A stretch of 61,085 bases of DNA, taken from NCBI GenBank assembly GCA_001724265.1, contig MEDY01000036.1:124001-185085 (forward strand). Reading direction: 5' to 3'. Source of the stretch: Rhizaria sp. SCN 62-66. Taxonomy: Eukaryota. The notes below the pieces were generated by a model. It searched no databases. It was not told where the DNA came from and worked only from the letters and a program-made list of their open reading frames with translations. Every line of letters begins with the position of its first letter. The stretch's first letter is position 1. A program made the position numbers and the translations under genes. Below, piece by piece: positions 1 through 13,661 of this stretch.

Positions 1-299
1 CAGTAACGCCGCGGGTGAAGCGGTTGATAAGCGTGGTCTTACCCACCATACCGTTACCAACAATCAAAACTTTGATGTTCAGCTCTGTGTCAAGCTCCTG
101 CAACGGGAAACACAAGTATTTGTGAATGAGAGGAGACAAACAGCATGACAGTGTCACAGCAGAAGGCGGCGTGCGCGAGCGAGTCGGAAAGTCGACAGAG
201 TGCAGTATGAGCATTAAACAAGAAAACAAGAAAGATTCATAACAAAATCATCAGAATATAATACTTAAGAATGCTTGGAGAGAGACTTACTTGCATCAT
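1..299 (-). CDS. RAB23: Rab23-like small GTPase, 5' part (exons 299-291 and 97-<1; runs off the window)
   Basis: Spliced translation MMQ|ELDTELNIKVLIVGNGMVGKTTLINRFTRGVT. P-loop GNGxVGKT with the Rab23-type 'IKxxxVGNG' context. Intron 98-290 has a GTAAGT donor and a TTGCAG acceptor. Confidence 0.75.
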
Positions 300-1478
300 T
301 GATGTACACGGGCGTTGAAGTACGCCTTAGGGTGTGATTGCGAACATGGGGCGCAGGGGCAAAAGTAAAATGCATCGTAACACACGGTTAGCCCAAACTG
401 TTTGAATTATTATTAAAACGGAGCGTATAAATTCACAATTAAAAATCAGTACTCACAGTAACAGAGGCTTTTGACGACTGAGGTGTTCAAATGCGCTTTG
501 CCCATATCCCGAAGCCAAGGCAGAATCGCATGCTGCAGCTAGCCACCCGTTGAGCACGATCTCGAAAAATTGCATTTCAACGCAATATAACCCAGAATCT
601 TCACAGCTCGCGAATCGTGAGCAGTGTTGGAGAATGACACAATGATAGTAGTGTATGATATATTGAAGAAAGTGCATTTAAGAAAAAACTCAACTCCCCA
701 CCTGCGTCAAAGAGCACCGTGGCGAGATTGCGGTGATGTCGACTGAGTGCAAGAGCGAGAAAAAAAGTCCGTGTTACGCTCCCCGCATGCTGCTGGCGTT
801 GCGCGCTACCGCTGTCAGTCGCGATGCAGTGAGGAACATCAGTGACAGCAGCAGCAGTCGCAGCAACAACAGCACACACGAGGAACATGACATGAAAATG
901 ATAACTGAAAAGTAGATGAAAGGAGGGCGTTGAAGAGGGGAAATGAGGTGCTTAGTGCATATCGCGCACCCCGAAGCGAAAAACGAGTCAGATTCCACTG
1001 CATCACGCACCACGAAGATCTAAGTACTCGAAGTGCTTTGGTATTTCGTCTCTCGAGAGGAGGATTGTTATGCAGGGAACGTGACGAAGGGGGATGGTTA
1101 TTAGGTAAGAGGGTAACAGCAGCACACGGTGCCAGTCGCAATATCATTGAGCCTACAGAGTCAATGTATTGGTGACAAAGCGTGTCAGCAGTGCCAACGT
1201 GCTAGTGCGCATGCTTGTGTAATAAATCGTCAAGTATCCACACACAACCCACACACACACACAACGTGCGATGAATAAATAACGGTAACATTACTTAAAA
1301 CAACAACTACTATGACTAAAACTCAACAACACACATACGAATTTTTTTTTCTCGGAATTATTTTAGAGAAACACGATGAAAGAAAAGAAAGTAAAAGAAA
1401 ATGAATTCGAACAACTGATCTAAGCTCACAGCAACCAACACGTCGGCACGGCTAAGCTTAAGTTAGACTTATTTTAGC

Positions 1479-4400
1479 TTACCGGGGCTGGCCGTTGGGC
1501 CCGCGCTGCTGCGGGTACTGCGCATTGGGCGCCCCATTGTTGTTGTTGTTTGCGTAGGGGCTGCCCATACCCATGCCCATCATGGGTCCGCCCATGGGTC
1601 CCATCGGGGAGCCCATGTGGCCGCCCATCGGCAGCATGCCCATGCCCATGCCAAGCCCCATCGGCGGCGCCGCGTAGTGCGGCGCGGCGTACTGGCCGTA
1701 CTGCGCGGGGTACACGTAGCCGGCGGGCACGGCGCCCGCGGCAGCCGCGGCGGCGGGCACAGCGCTGTTGTTGTTGGCATTGGCGCTCGCGTGCGATGAG
1801 TAGAGCACGTTGGAGGCGGTGGACACCGAGTAGCCGGTGTAGCCAGACGACAGCGCGGCGTAGGCGCCGCCGACGGGGATGCCCGACACGCCGGGCACAG
1901 GCGTCGCCATGGCGCCCGCCGCGCCCGCCAGGCCGCCCGCGGCGGCGGGCGCGGCGGGGGAACCGCCGGCGGCGTCGGCGGCGGCCAACATCTGGCGCAG
2001 GTTCGACACCACGCTGTGCCCCGGGCTCGTCATCGCGGCCGCGGCCGCGGCGGCGGTCACGGGGGCGGCGAAGCCGAGGGCCGAGAGAGGCACCTCGTGC
2101 TCATCGACCGCAGTCACGGGCTTCGCAGCGGCAGCGGCAGCAGCAGCGGGCGCGGGCTTAGCGGCGGCGGCGGGCTTAGAAGCGGGCTTGGCAGCAGCGG
2201 CAGCGGCGGGGGCGACGGCGGCAGGCTTCGCGGTAGCCTTGCCCTTAGGGGCAGCAGCGGAGACAGGAGCGTTGTCCTTCTGGCCCTTGGCGTTGTCGTT
2301 GCCCTTGGCAGCAGCAGGAGCAGCAGCGTCCTTGGCCTTATTGTCCTTAGCAGCAGCAGCAGGAGCAGCGTCTTTGGCCTTGTCCTGCTGGCCCTTGGCC
2401 TTGGCGCTGGCTTTGCCGCCCTTGGCCCCGCCCTTGCCGGCGCCCTCGGCCTCCATCGCGGCCAGCGCGGCGGCGACGAGGTCGTTGGCGCCCGCCACGG
2501 GCTGCGCCTTCTGCACCTGCGGTGTCTGCTTCGGCCCCTTCTGGCTGCCCTTGCGCTGTTCTGCGGCAGCCAGCGGCGCCTGGCCGGCGGCGGCGCGCGC
2601 CGCGTCCTCGGCCTGCTGCCGGCTCGCGGCGGCCTTGTCGCCCTCGTGGACGAGCACGGGGCGCGGGTCCGAGAGGTTCAGCAGCGAGTTGAGCGGGACC
2701 ATCTTGCCACGGCTCGTGAGGCACTTGCCGTTGAGCTGCGTGCCCGCCGCGAAGGCGTTGTCGAAGATGACCTCGACGAACTGGCTGTGGATGCCGACTA
2801 CGGTGCCGTGCGAGCGCAGCGGGACGCCGGAGTCGGAGCGCAGCGTCACCACGCGGTCGCCCAGCGAGACGAACTCGGACGACACGGCTGTGGTCTTGCC
2901 GCGCGGCGCCGTGGGCGACCACGCAGGGTCCGAGTTGGCCAGGTACACCTCCTCAGGCAGCGCGACGACAGTACTAGGCACGCCCGTCACGAGAGTCTCC
3001 TTGTCAGAGTCGAACGCGTCCGACGACGTGTGGCTCTCGCCCGTCAGCGTGTCGTGCAGCTTCACCACGTACTCGCGCGCGCGCGCCTCGACGAGGAGGC
3101 AGGAGCGCGCGGGCGCGACGACAGAGGTGCAGGGCACCGCGATGAGCGAGCCGATGGCCGTGCCCTTGAGGAACTTGACCACACGCGCCACGTAGTCCTC
3201 GGGCGCCACGTCCTTGGGTGCGAAGTGACGCGCGTTCAGCCTGGAGAGAGATAAAAGACACACGCAAAGAGAAATTATGAGATTGAGATTTCATCGGAAA
3301 AGAAAACTTCGTAAAAAATATTGAAATCATCACATTTGAAGAGTATTTATATGATATTTTAAGCAGTTTTGCGAGAACAACGTACTTGGCGTGGTAGGGA
3401 TTGGCGTTGAGGTGGCGGAAGATCTCCGGGAAGAGCGACATGAACTGCTCGAGCAACAGAACCGTAAGCTCGGAGTATTCCCACTGCTCGCCCGCGCCAC
3501 GCTCGGTCGTCGTGATGGCGCCGTGCTGCTCCAGCTCCTGCCGCGACACGTGCGCGTTCTGGCCGTGGCGGCGGGCCGCGCCGCGGCGCTGGCTCCGGTC
3601 GGCGAGCGCGTCGGCGTCGTAGCCGTCGTCATAGTCGTTGTCGTCGTAATCGCCGAACGTGCTCGCCTTGTTGCTGTTGCTCTTGCTGGCGGTGGCGAGC
3701 GCGTAGGCCTCCTGCTCTGAGTCAATCGCGGCCTGCCACGCGCGCACGCGGCGCGCGTAGTCGGGCACGCACAGCCCGTGGCGCGAGAAGGCCACGTTGA
3801 GCCCGATCTCCGCCGGCCCGGGCTCCAGCGTCAGCGACGAGCACAGGTTCACCAGCGCGTTGCCGTGGATGCCGAGCTGGCGAGCGACCTAAGGTCGGAT
3901 AAACAAATAATTTGTTGAGGAGGTATATGTGCATGTGAGAGAATTAACTCAATAAATGTTACTTCATAAAAGAGACATATATTTCAATACCGACGTATAT
4001 TAAGGTGAAAATGTTATACTGTGTGAGATATCTGCGTACTTGGTAGGAGGGGAAGTAGCGGAGCTCGCCCTGGGCCACGAAGCGGCGGAAGGCCGAGGCG
4101 GGCATGACGGGCCGCTTGGAGAGCTCGAGAGTGAGGCGGACCTCCTCCTTGGCGCCGTTGGTGACCACGTCGACGGAGCGGACGACGCCGGGCGAGCCGT
4201 AGTGCTGCGCGCCGATGTGCACGATCTGCGAGCCGACCGGGAAACGCTCCTGAGAGAGTGCGGAAAACAAGCAAATTAGAGAGAATATGAAGCATAATAT
4301 GAGTAAGCGTCAAAACAAAAAATACAATGTAGACATATAAATATACGTGAAACACACAGGTATATTCACGAGAACCCCTATATAAGTCATGTAATCAATT

Positions 4401-7400
4401 TTGCGTGTAAATACGGGGGAGATACGACGTACCTGGGGCGTGGGGGCGGGCGCCTCGACCCAGCGGGGGTCGGGCCTGCCCGTGGGGTGGGCGGCGAACA
4501 CGGTCTGCGCGGCAAATGCAAGCACGCGGTCCACGTTGGGGTTCGGCGCAGTCGCCGTGGCGCCCGACGAGTACTGGTTCTTGTTGCTGTTGTTGCTGTT
4601 GTTCTTGTGGTGCGAGGACTTGTCGTCGATGAAGTCCGACTCGTAGCCGGAGCTGGAGCCTGTGAGGGTGTCGCCGACGAAGAGCTTGCGCGTGGAGCCG
4701 TCGGCCGCACGCTGCATGCCGATCAGCGGCCGCACGAAGACGATCACGTGCGGCGCGCCCAGCTCCAGCGCCTGCTTGCGCGCCAGCCGGGTCGTCACGT
4801 CGCGGCGCGCGAGCACGTAGTCGGCCTTTTCACGGTCTATCAAGCAAACAAAAAGAAAGAGGAAATAAAAGCGTGTGAGTACGTGAGATAGTTCAGCTTT
4901 TTTTTTTCTTTTCTATTTCAACTCAAAATTTAAAAAATACAATTTCATGAAAGCGTTGAAGCATGACGTACGAGTGGGGACGCGTCCGTAGACCTTGCCC
5001 GAGTCGGAGGGCGGGATGTCCCAGACGGTGCTGTCGTCCTGCACGCGGACCACGAGCGCCTCGCGGAGGTGCGGGTAGTCGACAAAGACGCGCGACGACA
5101 CCGGGAAGAGCGACGCCACGCGGGGCCCGTCGACGTAGGTGACGGTGTAGTCCATCGAGCAGCTCACGGCCAGCGACGGCTTGAGCGAGTCGCGGCCGAA
5201 GAGGTTCACCTTGGTCGTCGCGACCGAGCCTGCACAGCCGGGCAGGAAGTACAACGATGGGAAGCCGACCGTGGGCCGCACGGCGCCGGGCAGCGCCACG
5301 GGCAGAAAACGGCCTTCGCCGATGAAGCGCGCCGCGCGGGCCGTGTCGGCGGCGCCGTAGTAGATGTTGAGCATGCGCGCGTCATCGTCGTTGAGCTTGG
5401 TGAGCGTCGCGCGCAGCGCGTCGTCGCTCCACGCGGGCTCGGCGGGGATCGCGGGCACCACGAAGGGACCCGCGCGCGAGCAGCACTTGCGAAGCGCGGG
5501 GAACAGCGTCGTGTTCGGGATGTACGTCACCGCGGGGTTGGCAGCGTTGTCAGCGCCTTCAGCGGCGAGGCTGAGGCTGCTGCCGTCGGCGAAGGTGGTG
5601 AAGCCCTGGGCGATGTTGTACGTGTCCTCGTTGTTGGGGTCATACTCGAACAGCCAGTCGGCCTGCACGTTGCGGTTGCGGTTGCGCTCCTGGTTCGAGA
5701 GCCGGTCGCCGGGGACGCTGTGGATGGCCGTCAGCAGGCGCGTCTCGTCGATGAAGGGGATCAGCGTGACGCCCTCCCACGGGTTGCGGCAGCCGTCCAT
5801 GTCTACCGCGAACTCGTCCGGGTAGAAGTCCTTGACTTCGCTGTGCGGGTCCGTCATGAAGTTGCGCCACGCGGGCGGCAGCAGCTTGGCTGAGCCGGGG
5901 GGCAGCACACCCCTGAGGCGGAGAACAAAAAGAAGGATATTTGGACATATATATAAGCGATGTTTCAATAAATATTTCACAAAAAGATACAGCGAGAGAA
6001 ATTAGTAGAAGGGATGCAAACGAGATATTAAATGAGCGGATCTCAAAGAGAGCTATTTGCACGTACATGAGCTGCTCGAGGGGCGTGAAGGGCGTGCCGA
6101 TGTCGAAGTTAAGCCGCACGGTGGTGAGGTCAACCTTGACAAGCGAGGAGGCGAGGGGCGCGTACCGGTACGGGTAATGCCAGCGCCAGGACTGGACGCC
6201 CGAATAGTAGTACTTAAGGCACCACATGAGGCCTTCGAAGTACGCCTCGCACAGGTGGTTGATGTGGCCCGCCAGCGAGCGCGCGCGCGCCTCGTCGGGC
6301 AGCGCGGCGTTCTCGGCGCTGTCGGCGTAGAACTCGGGGAACTTGCGGCGGTAGTAGTTGGTCACGTTGACGTCGCCGCTGGTGAGCTCGGCGAGTCGCA
6401 GCTCGGCCTCGGAGGAGTTTTCCTCGTCGACATCGATGCCCGAGGCGCGCAGCTGTGCAAACATCTTCTCGTTGTACTTGCGCAGGCGCGCGTCGGCGGC
6501 CTTGGCGGCCTTAGAGCTGGACGCGGCATCATCGCTCTCGTCGGAGTTGTCCTCGTCGTCAGCGTCGGCGTCCGCCTCATCGTCAGAGTCGGGGATCGTG
6601 GCGAGCTTCTTACCCTTGCTGCCCTTGCCCTTAGCGGGCTCACCGTCACCGTTGTCGTCGTTCGTGTCAGACTCGGGCGCCGCGTCGTCGCTGTCATCCT
6701 CGTTAGCATCGTCGTCATCCGACTCGGGGAGGGGGTTGCCGTCCTCGTCGATGGCACAGAAGACGCCGTTGACGAAGCCGAACGTCTTGGGCGCGGTGGC
6801 CTTGTCGTTGGTCTCCACCACCATGCCCGCCCCCTTCTGGCGCCGGTTGCTGTTGGCGCTGGGGGTCGGCGCGAAGGCGGAGGAGGCCGTGGACGAGGTG
6901 CTAGGACTGGGGCTGGGGCTCATGCCGGACTCGAGCGCAGTTAACGCCTGGCTCAGGGGCAGCCGTGACACCTTGTCGCTGCCCGAGGCGTTGCTGTTGG
7001 AGCTGCTGAAGTTGTTGGTGTGCATGCGGTTGTACTTGGCGGACTTCTCGGCCCACTTAGCGTTCTCCTCGGCGCGCTTGACGAAGACGCGCGACTCGGT
7101 GTTGGCGACGAAGCCCAGCAGCGCGCGGAAGCGCTTAACGTTAACGGTGCCCCAATGCGTGATGTAGCCGCCGAGGCGCGGGAGCAGCGTCTTGTAGGCG
7201 TCGATGAGCGTGTTGAGCCCGCCCTCGCCGATGTCGATGGCCGGGTTCGGCGGCAGGAAGTCGTTGCCGACGAGGAAGCAGATGAAGACCCAGTCGTCAA
7301 TGGCGCGCTCCAGGTCCCACTTGAACGGCATCGTGTCGTTGCGGAACTCGAGCTCCAAGTACTCGCGCAGCAGCGAGATGTGCAGGAAGTTGAACTCGTC

Positions 7401-8442
7401 GGGTTTGACGAGCGCCTTGCGCTTGAGGCCCTCCTTGGGCGGGCCGAAGACGACTTCCTCGCGCAGCAACGCGATGTGGTGCTCGTGGGTCACGAGCGAG
7501 AGCATGATGAGGTCGGCGTCGAGTCCGTAGAGGCAGTGGCGCAGGTTGGGGTCGTAGTCGGGCTGCATGCGCTGGTTGCGCAGGTACGACATGATCTTGT
7601 GCTCACCCTCGCCGACGACCTCGGCACCGGAGAAGATGACCTTGATGTTCTGCCAGTCGGCGTCGTCGCGGATCTTGGACCGCACGAAGTACTGCAGGTG
7701 CGCGGACAGGCGCTCCATAAAGGCCGTGCCGGGGGTGATGCAGTTCGAGTCGAAGGCGTCGTCCTTGACGACCACGCCCTCTGCCAGGGCCTTGTCGCGG
7801 GCCTCCTTGGCGGCCTATTATAAACAAGAAGCGCGAGTATTGAGACATAAAACGTGAGATATACTTACATATTTAAAACATGTTGCTAACTTGTCAGTTT
7901 TGTAGTGTTATCGTACCTGTGCAGAGCGGAAACGACGCTGGCGCTGCTGGTTCATCTTGGCACGAGGCGCGACACCATCAATGGCCATGTACATCAGCTT
8001 CTTGGGCTTGACGATCGAGAAAAGCTTGTCAATGTACTGGAAGATGCGGAGAAACATCTGGTCCTCGGTCATCTCCTCACTGATGCCGCCATTGGCGTGC
8101 GTGCAGTTGTGGACGATGCCGTTCATGTCGAGGTACATGCAGTCGAACTCAGCCTTCATGCCCATGCCTGTGGGCTGGTTCAGCAACGGGTACCGCTCGC
8201 TCAGCCAGCGGAAAAAACGAGGAACACCCACTGTGCGTGCAAAGCAAAAGACAGTGAAGCACGAGGGCGGACGAAATGTAACCAATGAGCAAGATGGAAC
8301 GAGTGTATGGTGTCATTTAAGATCAAAGGCGAGTGACAAGAGCGTGTTTGGATTCAATGGAGGCGAGATCTTTGGAGAGTACAAAGAAGTGGATCGCGAG
8401 CAGTGAGGGATACAGGAGTAAGGCTGGAGAATAAAACGTACT
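1479..8442 (-). CDS. XRN1: 5'-3' exoribonuclease 1. Exons 8442 (A of the ATG), 8230-7917, 7814-6067, 5912-4972, 4836-4433, 4249-4040, 3888-3386, 3240-1479; stop TAA
   Basis: XRN motifs MGVPRFFRW, YLDMNGIVH, AIDGVAPRAKMNQQR, FDSNCITPGT, GEGEHKIM, YGLDADLIML, GNDFLP, WHYPYRYAP. The C-terminal SH3-like block LGDRVV..VPL..GTVVGI..VEVIFD is typical of XRN1 rather than XRN2. All 7 GT-AG introns keep the frame. Confidence 0.95.
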
Positions 8443-9878
8443 TTAAAATAGAATCTAACCGACTTTTTGTCGTCTAAATTGGTATTTGAAAGGGGGGTTT
8501 AGCTACGTTTGAGGACGGCAGACGAAAGGTGATGAGATAAGAGAGGGAGGTCAGCTTGCAAGAGACACAACTTTGTCAAACAAGGACATGAAGTACCACA
8601 ACCAAAATATGCCAGAGGGTTACAAAGGTAGTCGCGCGTGTACGCGTTTTTTCATCGATGGACGGATCATAGCGGCGACAACACACGCGCTGAAGTAGCT
8701 GGGTTGGTGCACTGCGCGACCACAAGAGGGAAAGAGTGGGAATCCAGTTTAGTGTTTACAGTGGCCAAGATCTCCTTTTCCGCGCGCAAGGAAAAGCACA
8801 CCGTTGTTAAAACCACTCATAAAAGCCAGATTTAATCTTTCTGCGCCGCCACAGCACTCCTAGAGCCCACAATCGCACTCGCCAGATTCAAAAACAGTTC
8901 GTGGTTGTGACTGTGACCACAATTGATCATTGTAAAGCCGCGAGCGGACGATGGCTCACGGTCGGTCGAAAAGTGACCGGCGGCCGCTCGATTACAGTTG
9001 TGGTCGCTCCGTCATCAACGTTGACTCTCCTGAAGAGGTTTCAATAGCCGTGTATATGCGGTTATTAAGGGATGAAATGACAGATTAGAGGTATAGCAAG
9101 AGTGGTTCTAGCGGTTGGATGCTTAGTGTGTCTAATTCGTAGCAGTGTGCGATCTATCTTGGCTTTTCTAAACGTGCGCCCATTGCTCCTTTCTGTGCCT
9201 CCAACATGACGCCTAACAAGTCTATACCAAGCTTTATGTGCGCCACTGGTCACAGAGGACACATTTTTGTGCACCGATGGTCTTGATATACCTTGCTGAT
9301 AGCTTATGAAGCTTGACGGAGGTTAGGAGTGACTTGTGAGGACCTTCGTACCAGCTAGCGGTCGCACGTGCTGGACTTAACGACGATATTCACAGCCAAG
9401 ACGAGAGCCCTAAGTCAAATTGACAGCAACTCCGCAACGACACGATCTTCTTGTGTACTAGCACGTGGCGAATCTCCACGCGTCGCTTGGTAAAGACTTC
9501 ACCGAGTGTGTTATGTGAGAAGAAGGGGCCCATAACTGGGCGGCTTAGCTTTGGTCCGGATCGCTCGGCGGCTATAACCGAAGGAAACCAATTGTTTCGT
9601 GTCTGTTCCCACGCTTCCGCTCGTTGAACAGTTTGTTTGCGGGCTCCACAAGATTGACACATCACTATCATGCAAATACCAAAATTTACTTTTCTTTGGC
9701 ACGCCGCCTTTAACCCTTAAGTGACGATAAGCTCAGACTCCAATATCCAACTCTCACCCCCCACAAATCTTACTAACGATCGTTCCCATCCTCATGTCAC
9801 ACCTTCACTCACTCTGAATCGTATTCCCTACTTTATTTCATACCCACCACACCTCATTTTTGCTTTAGTCCGTTTACG

Positions 9879-12860
9879 ATGGGTGCAGGTTCATCAACGT
9901 TCGACTACGAGGCGTCGCTCTTCGCCGACACCACCCTCCAGTCCGTCGAGGTCGCCGAGGCGACGCAGGAGGCCTCTACCAGCGTCCCGCGTCGCTGCCA
10001 TTGGGCCGCCAAGCACGGCCTCACTCAGGGCTACCGTGCCAAGGACACGGACCCGTACTGCGTGACGCTGTGGGACCTCTTCGCGCTGGGCCACAAGATC
10101 AACCCACAGGGTAACTTCCTCGGCAACCGTTGCTTCACGGTTGCGACGGCGCAGCCCGAGCAGACGACTGAGGAGGCCGCTGCGGCCGCCGCGGCCAAGC
10201 CTAAGAACTACAAGTTCTCCGGCTACGTCGAGCGCAAGAACGGCTCTGTGCAGCGCGGCGAGTACAAGTTCGCGACTTACGCCGAGGCTCACGACGCCGC
10301 AATCAACTTCGGCCGCGGCCTCCTCACGCTCGGCGCCAAGACCAAGGACAACATCGGTATCTTTTCGGTGAACCGCGCCGAGTGGGTGGTTGCCTCGCTG
10401 GGCTTCTACTCGCAGAACATGCGCACTGTGTCGCTCTACGCGACGCTGGGCCCCACCGCCGTCGAGTACATCATCAACCACGCGGAGACGGCCGTCGTCG
10501 TTGTCAGCAAGGAGAACCTCCCCACGCTGCTCAAGAACCTCAAGAACATCAGCAACACCCTCAAGCACATCGTCGTCATGGACGCGCTGTTCGACGGCCG
10601 CTTCGGCAACACTCTCGACACGGTCAACCCGGCCGACGTGGCCGCCTGCGCCGAGCTCGACGTCAAGCTCCACGGCATGAGTACGTCCATTGCTTTACCT
10701 TAAACTTGACTGTTTTTACGCCATATGTATTCATTATTTTACAATCAATTTCAACCATAGTATGTTTACTGCTATATCTCTCTGTGTTTATTTTCACATC
10801 AAAACACTCACATGATATATCTTTGCTTGTTTGTTGTCTTTTAGGCGCCATCATCGCTGCGGGCGCTGCGACCCCCGAGGTGGAACTGACTCTGCCCGAG
10901 AAGGACGACCTGGCCTTTATCATGTACACGTCGGGCACGACGGGCGTGCCCAAGGGCGCGCTGCTGACGCACTTCAACATCGCGGCGACCATCGGCGCGC
11001 TGCCGATCCTCATCGGCGACGGCATCCCCGACCTGCCTACGCACTACCTCTCGTACCTCCCGCTCGCGCACATCTTCGAGACCGTGGTCCAGTGCTACAT
11101 CTGGGGTGCCGGCGGCGCCGTCTACTTCTCTCAGGTACGCGCTGTCGCAATTGCTTAGCAACAGCTTCACATGGGCGAGACATGTTTCATGTCAGTTAAG
11201 CGAGTTTGACATCGAAAGTCTTTCAATGCTTTTGCGAAGTTCGACTATCTTTGTTCTTCAATACCCCACATTGATCATTCACTCACACATTTGTTTATTT
11301 TGTTTATTTTGTTTCTTTCTTTTTGTAGGGTGACAACCGTTACCTGCTCGACGACATCCAGACGTGTCGCCCCAGCTTCATGGCGGGCGTGCCGCGCGTG
11401 TTCCTCAAGTTCTACCAGTCCATCTGGGACGCCGTCGGCAAGTACGGCTGCGTCAAGAAGTGGTTCATCGGCAAGGCCTACGCCTATCAGTGCAACCAGC
11501 TCCGCGAAGTACGTCCTAGTTTCGCTCTAAAAACAAAGATATCTACTTTAGCGCTAAATCAAGATTACATTCACAAGAAAATACCAATTCATCATACTAT
11601 ACTCCGCTTTTATCTGAATCAATATTCACCATTCATCCCAACACTTATGTTTCTTGTTGCTAACGTCGCGTCACAGGGCAAGCCCCTGGACCCCAGTTAC
11701 GACACCAAGGTCTTCTCGCTGATGCGGACCAAGATCGGCCTGGAGCGCTGCCGCGTCTTTATCACCGGCGCCTCGCCTTGCCCGCCCTACCTGGTCGAGT
11801 TCATGCGCGTCATGACGGCCGCCTGGTTCGCGCAGGGCTACGGCATGACCGAGGGCTCCGCGGGCTCGTCCGTCTCGCTGCAGAGCGACCCCCACGTCGG
11901 CGAGTGTGGCCCCCCGCTGCCGTGCAACGAGTTCAAGCTCTCGGACATCCCCGACATGGGTTACCTCAGCTCCAACCCCGTCCAGACCGGCGAGCTCCTC
12001 ATCTCGGGCCCTAACGTCTTCCAGGTGCGTTCCATACTCACGCTATCAACACAGAAAATGGCAAGCTTAACAGTCGAATATTATATTGCGGTGTTCTAAC
12101 AAAGGTTATTTTAACTACATACTTTCATTTTACTCACAAATCCTTGAATTTCTTTTCTATTTTCTCGTTTTACGTTGCTTTCAATCACCTATTATAACAG
12201 GGCTACTACAAGAACGACGAGGCGACCGCCGACGCTCTGTATGAGGACGCGCAGGGTAAGAAGTGGCTTCGCACGGGCGACGTCGGCCGCTGGAACCCCA
12301 ACGGCACGATCTCGATCATCGACCGCAAGAAGAACATGATCAAGCTGGCCCAGGGCGAGTACGTTGCGATGGAGAAGGTCGAGGACACCTACTCCAAGGC
12401 CGCGTGCGTGTGCCAGATCTGGGCGTACGGCAACTCGTACAAGCCCATGCTCGTGGCTGTGGTCGTTCCCAACGCCGTGCCGACCTACGACTACGCCATC
12501 AGCAAGGGTTACTGGAAGGCGAGCGACCTGCCGGCCCCGAACCCGGCCGGGCTGACGCCCGCGTTCATCGCGGCCTTCAAGGAGCTCTACAACGGCCCCC
12601 ACAAGGCGGACATGACTGAGTGGGTGATGGGCCAGCTTAAGGCCACCGAGGGGCTGCTGCTGGGCTTCGAGAAGATCAAGAAGATCTACATCGAGACCGA
12701 TATTACGGACCTTAACACCGCCTTCACCGAGGAGAACGACCTGATGACGCCGACGATGAAGAAGAAGCGCAAGCCGCTGGCGGAGAAGTACATCGAGGTG
12801 CTCAAGCAGATGTACACCGACCTGGGCGAGAGGCCCATGGAGGGCGAGACCTTCTACTAA
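9879..12860 (+). CDS. Long-chain acyl-CoA synthetase (ACSL/LACS family). Exons 9879-10680, 10845-11134, 11329-11508, 11677-12024, 12201-12860; stop TAA
   Basis: AMP-binding motif IMYTSGTTGVPKG, YLSYLPLAHIFE, QGYGMTE, WLRTGDVG, IIDRKKNMIKLAQGEYVA, LMTPTMKKKR. Four frame-preserving AT-rich introns. Confidence 0.95.
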
Positions 12861-13661
12861 GCAATCAACTTCTCGCATGTAGAGTAGTTGTCCCTGCGAG
12901 GCATTAATTTCTTTTTGTACTTCTTCTTCTTTTATTCTTTCGTTTCTTTGTGTGCGCGCGCTCATGCTCGTACTTGCGTTGTTGATGGGCAATATTGTAG
13001 CAGTTCGTAAGCTTGCTTAGCTTACTTAGCTTGACTTTGTGTATCTGTTCTGTCTCCATTCCATTGACAAGAGTGCTTGCTTGCGTGTATCAATCCTTTT
13101 CTTATTTTCGTCGTAGTCTTTGCTGTTGTGTTTTTGTGTTGTGATCAGAGCTTTTCTCTTCACACATCGTCTGTCTATGTGATGTTTTGCTGCCTTCATT
13201 CCTACTTTAACCAACTGTCACTGACAGCTTCTTATGTAACAGGTGAGCGTGCTTGATTGATCATTGACGATGGTGAGACAGAGCGATTGTACACGGAATA
13301 CCGGTGTATTTCATACATATTATTCAAAATTGGCCACTATTGCTTTATCGCATTTGCAAGAATTATTGCGTCCGCTGTTTGTTTCGCAATGCTATTCGAG
13401 TGGAATGAACGATTGGTTGCACATGACAGCCCTTGTACTGAGAGCGGGCGTTGGTCCAGTGGAGGAGGTAGCTCAAAAGCAGAGATACGTGCATCATAGA
13501 AGCAAACAGTTATTATGCAGTTTAAAATTCCAAGTATAATTTCTATCAGTTAATCTCAATTTATTTGTTATTTTCTTGTTGACGGATTTTATGCACCTGT
13601 GCAGAGCTTTTCGGCGCACTCCTTTTCCCTCTTTTCTCCTCAGAGCTCATTGGACGCGCTC

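Noticed and set aside
327-347. In-frame upstream ATG...TAA before the Rab23 start, as possible evidence for UAA readthrough
   Set aside because: TAA terminates six genes here, and the downstream ATG matches the normal Rab23 N-terminal length. At most a short uORF.
1239-1263. Short (CA)n tract downstream of XRN1
   Set aside because: Ordinary imperfect microsatellite with no CRISPR-like or telomeric organisation.
8443-9878. Short ORFs or possible ncRNA in the 1.4-kb divergent spacer between XRN1 and ACSL
   Set aside because: No coding-like codon bias and no recognisable RNA or repeat structure by eye. An Infernal search would be needed.
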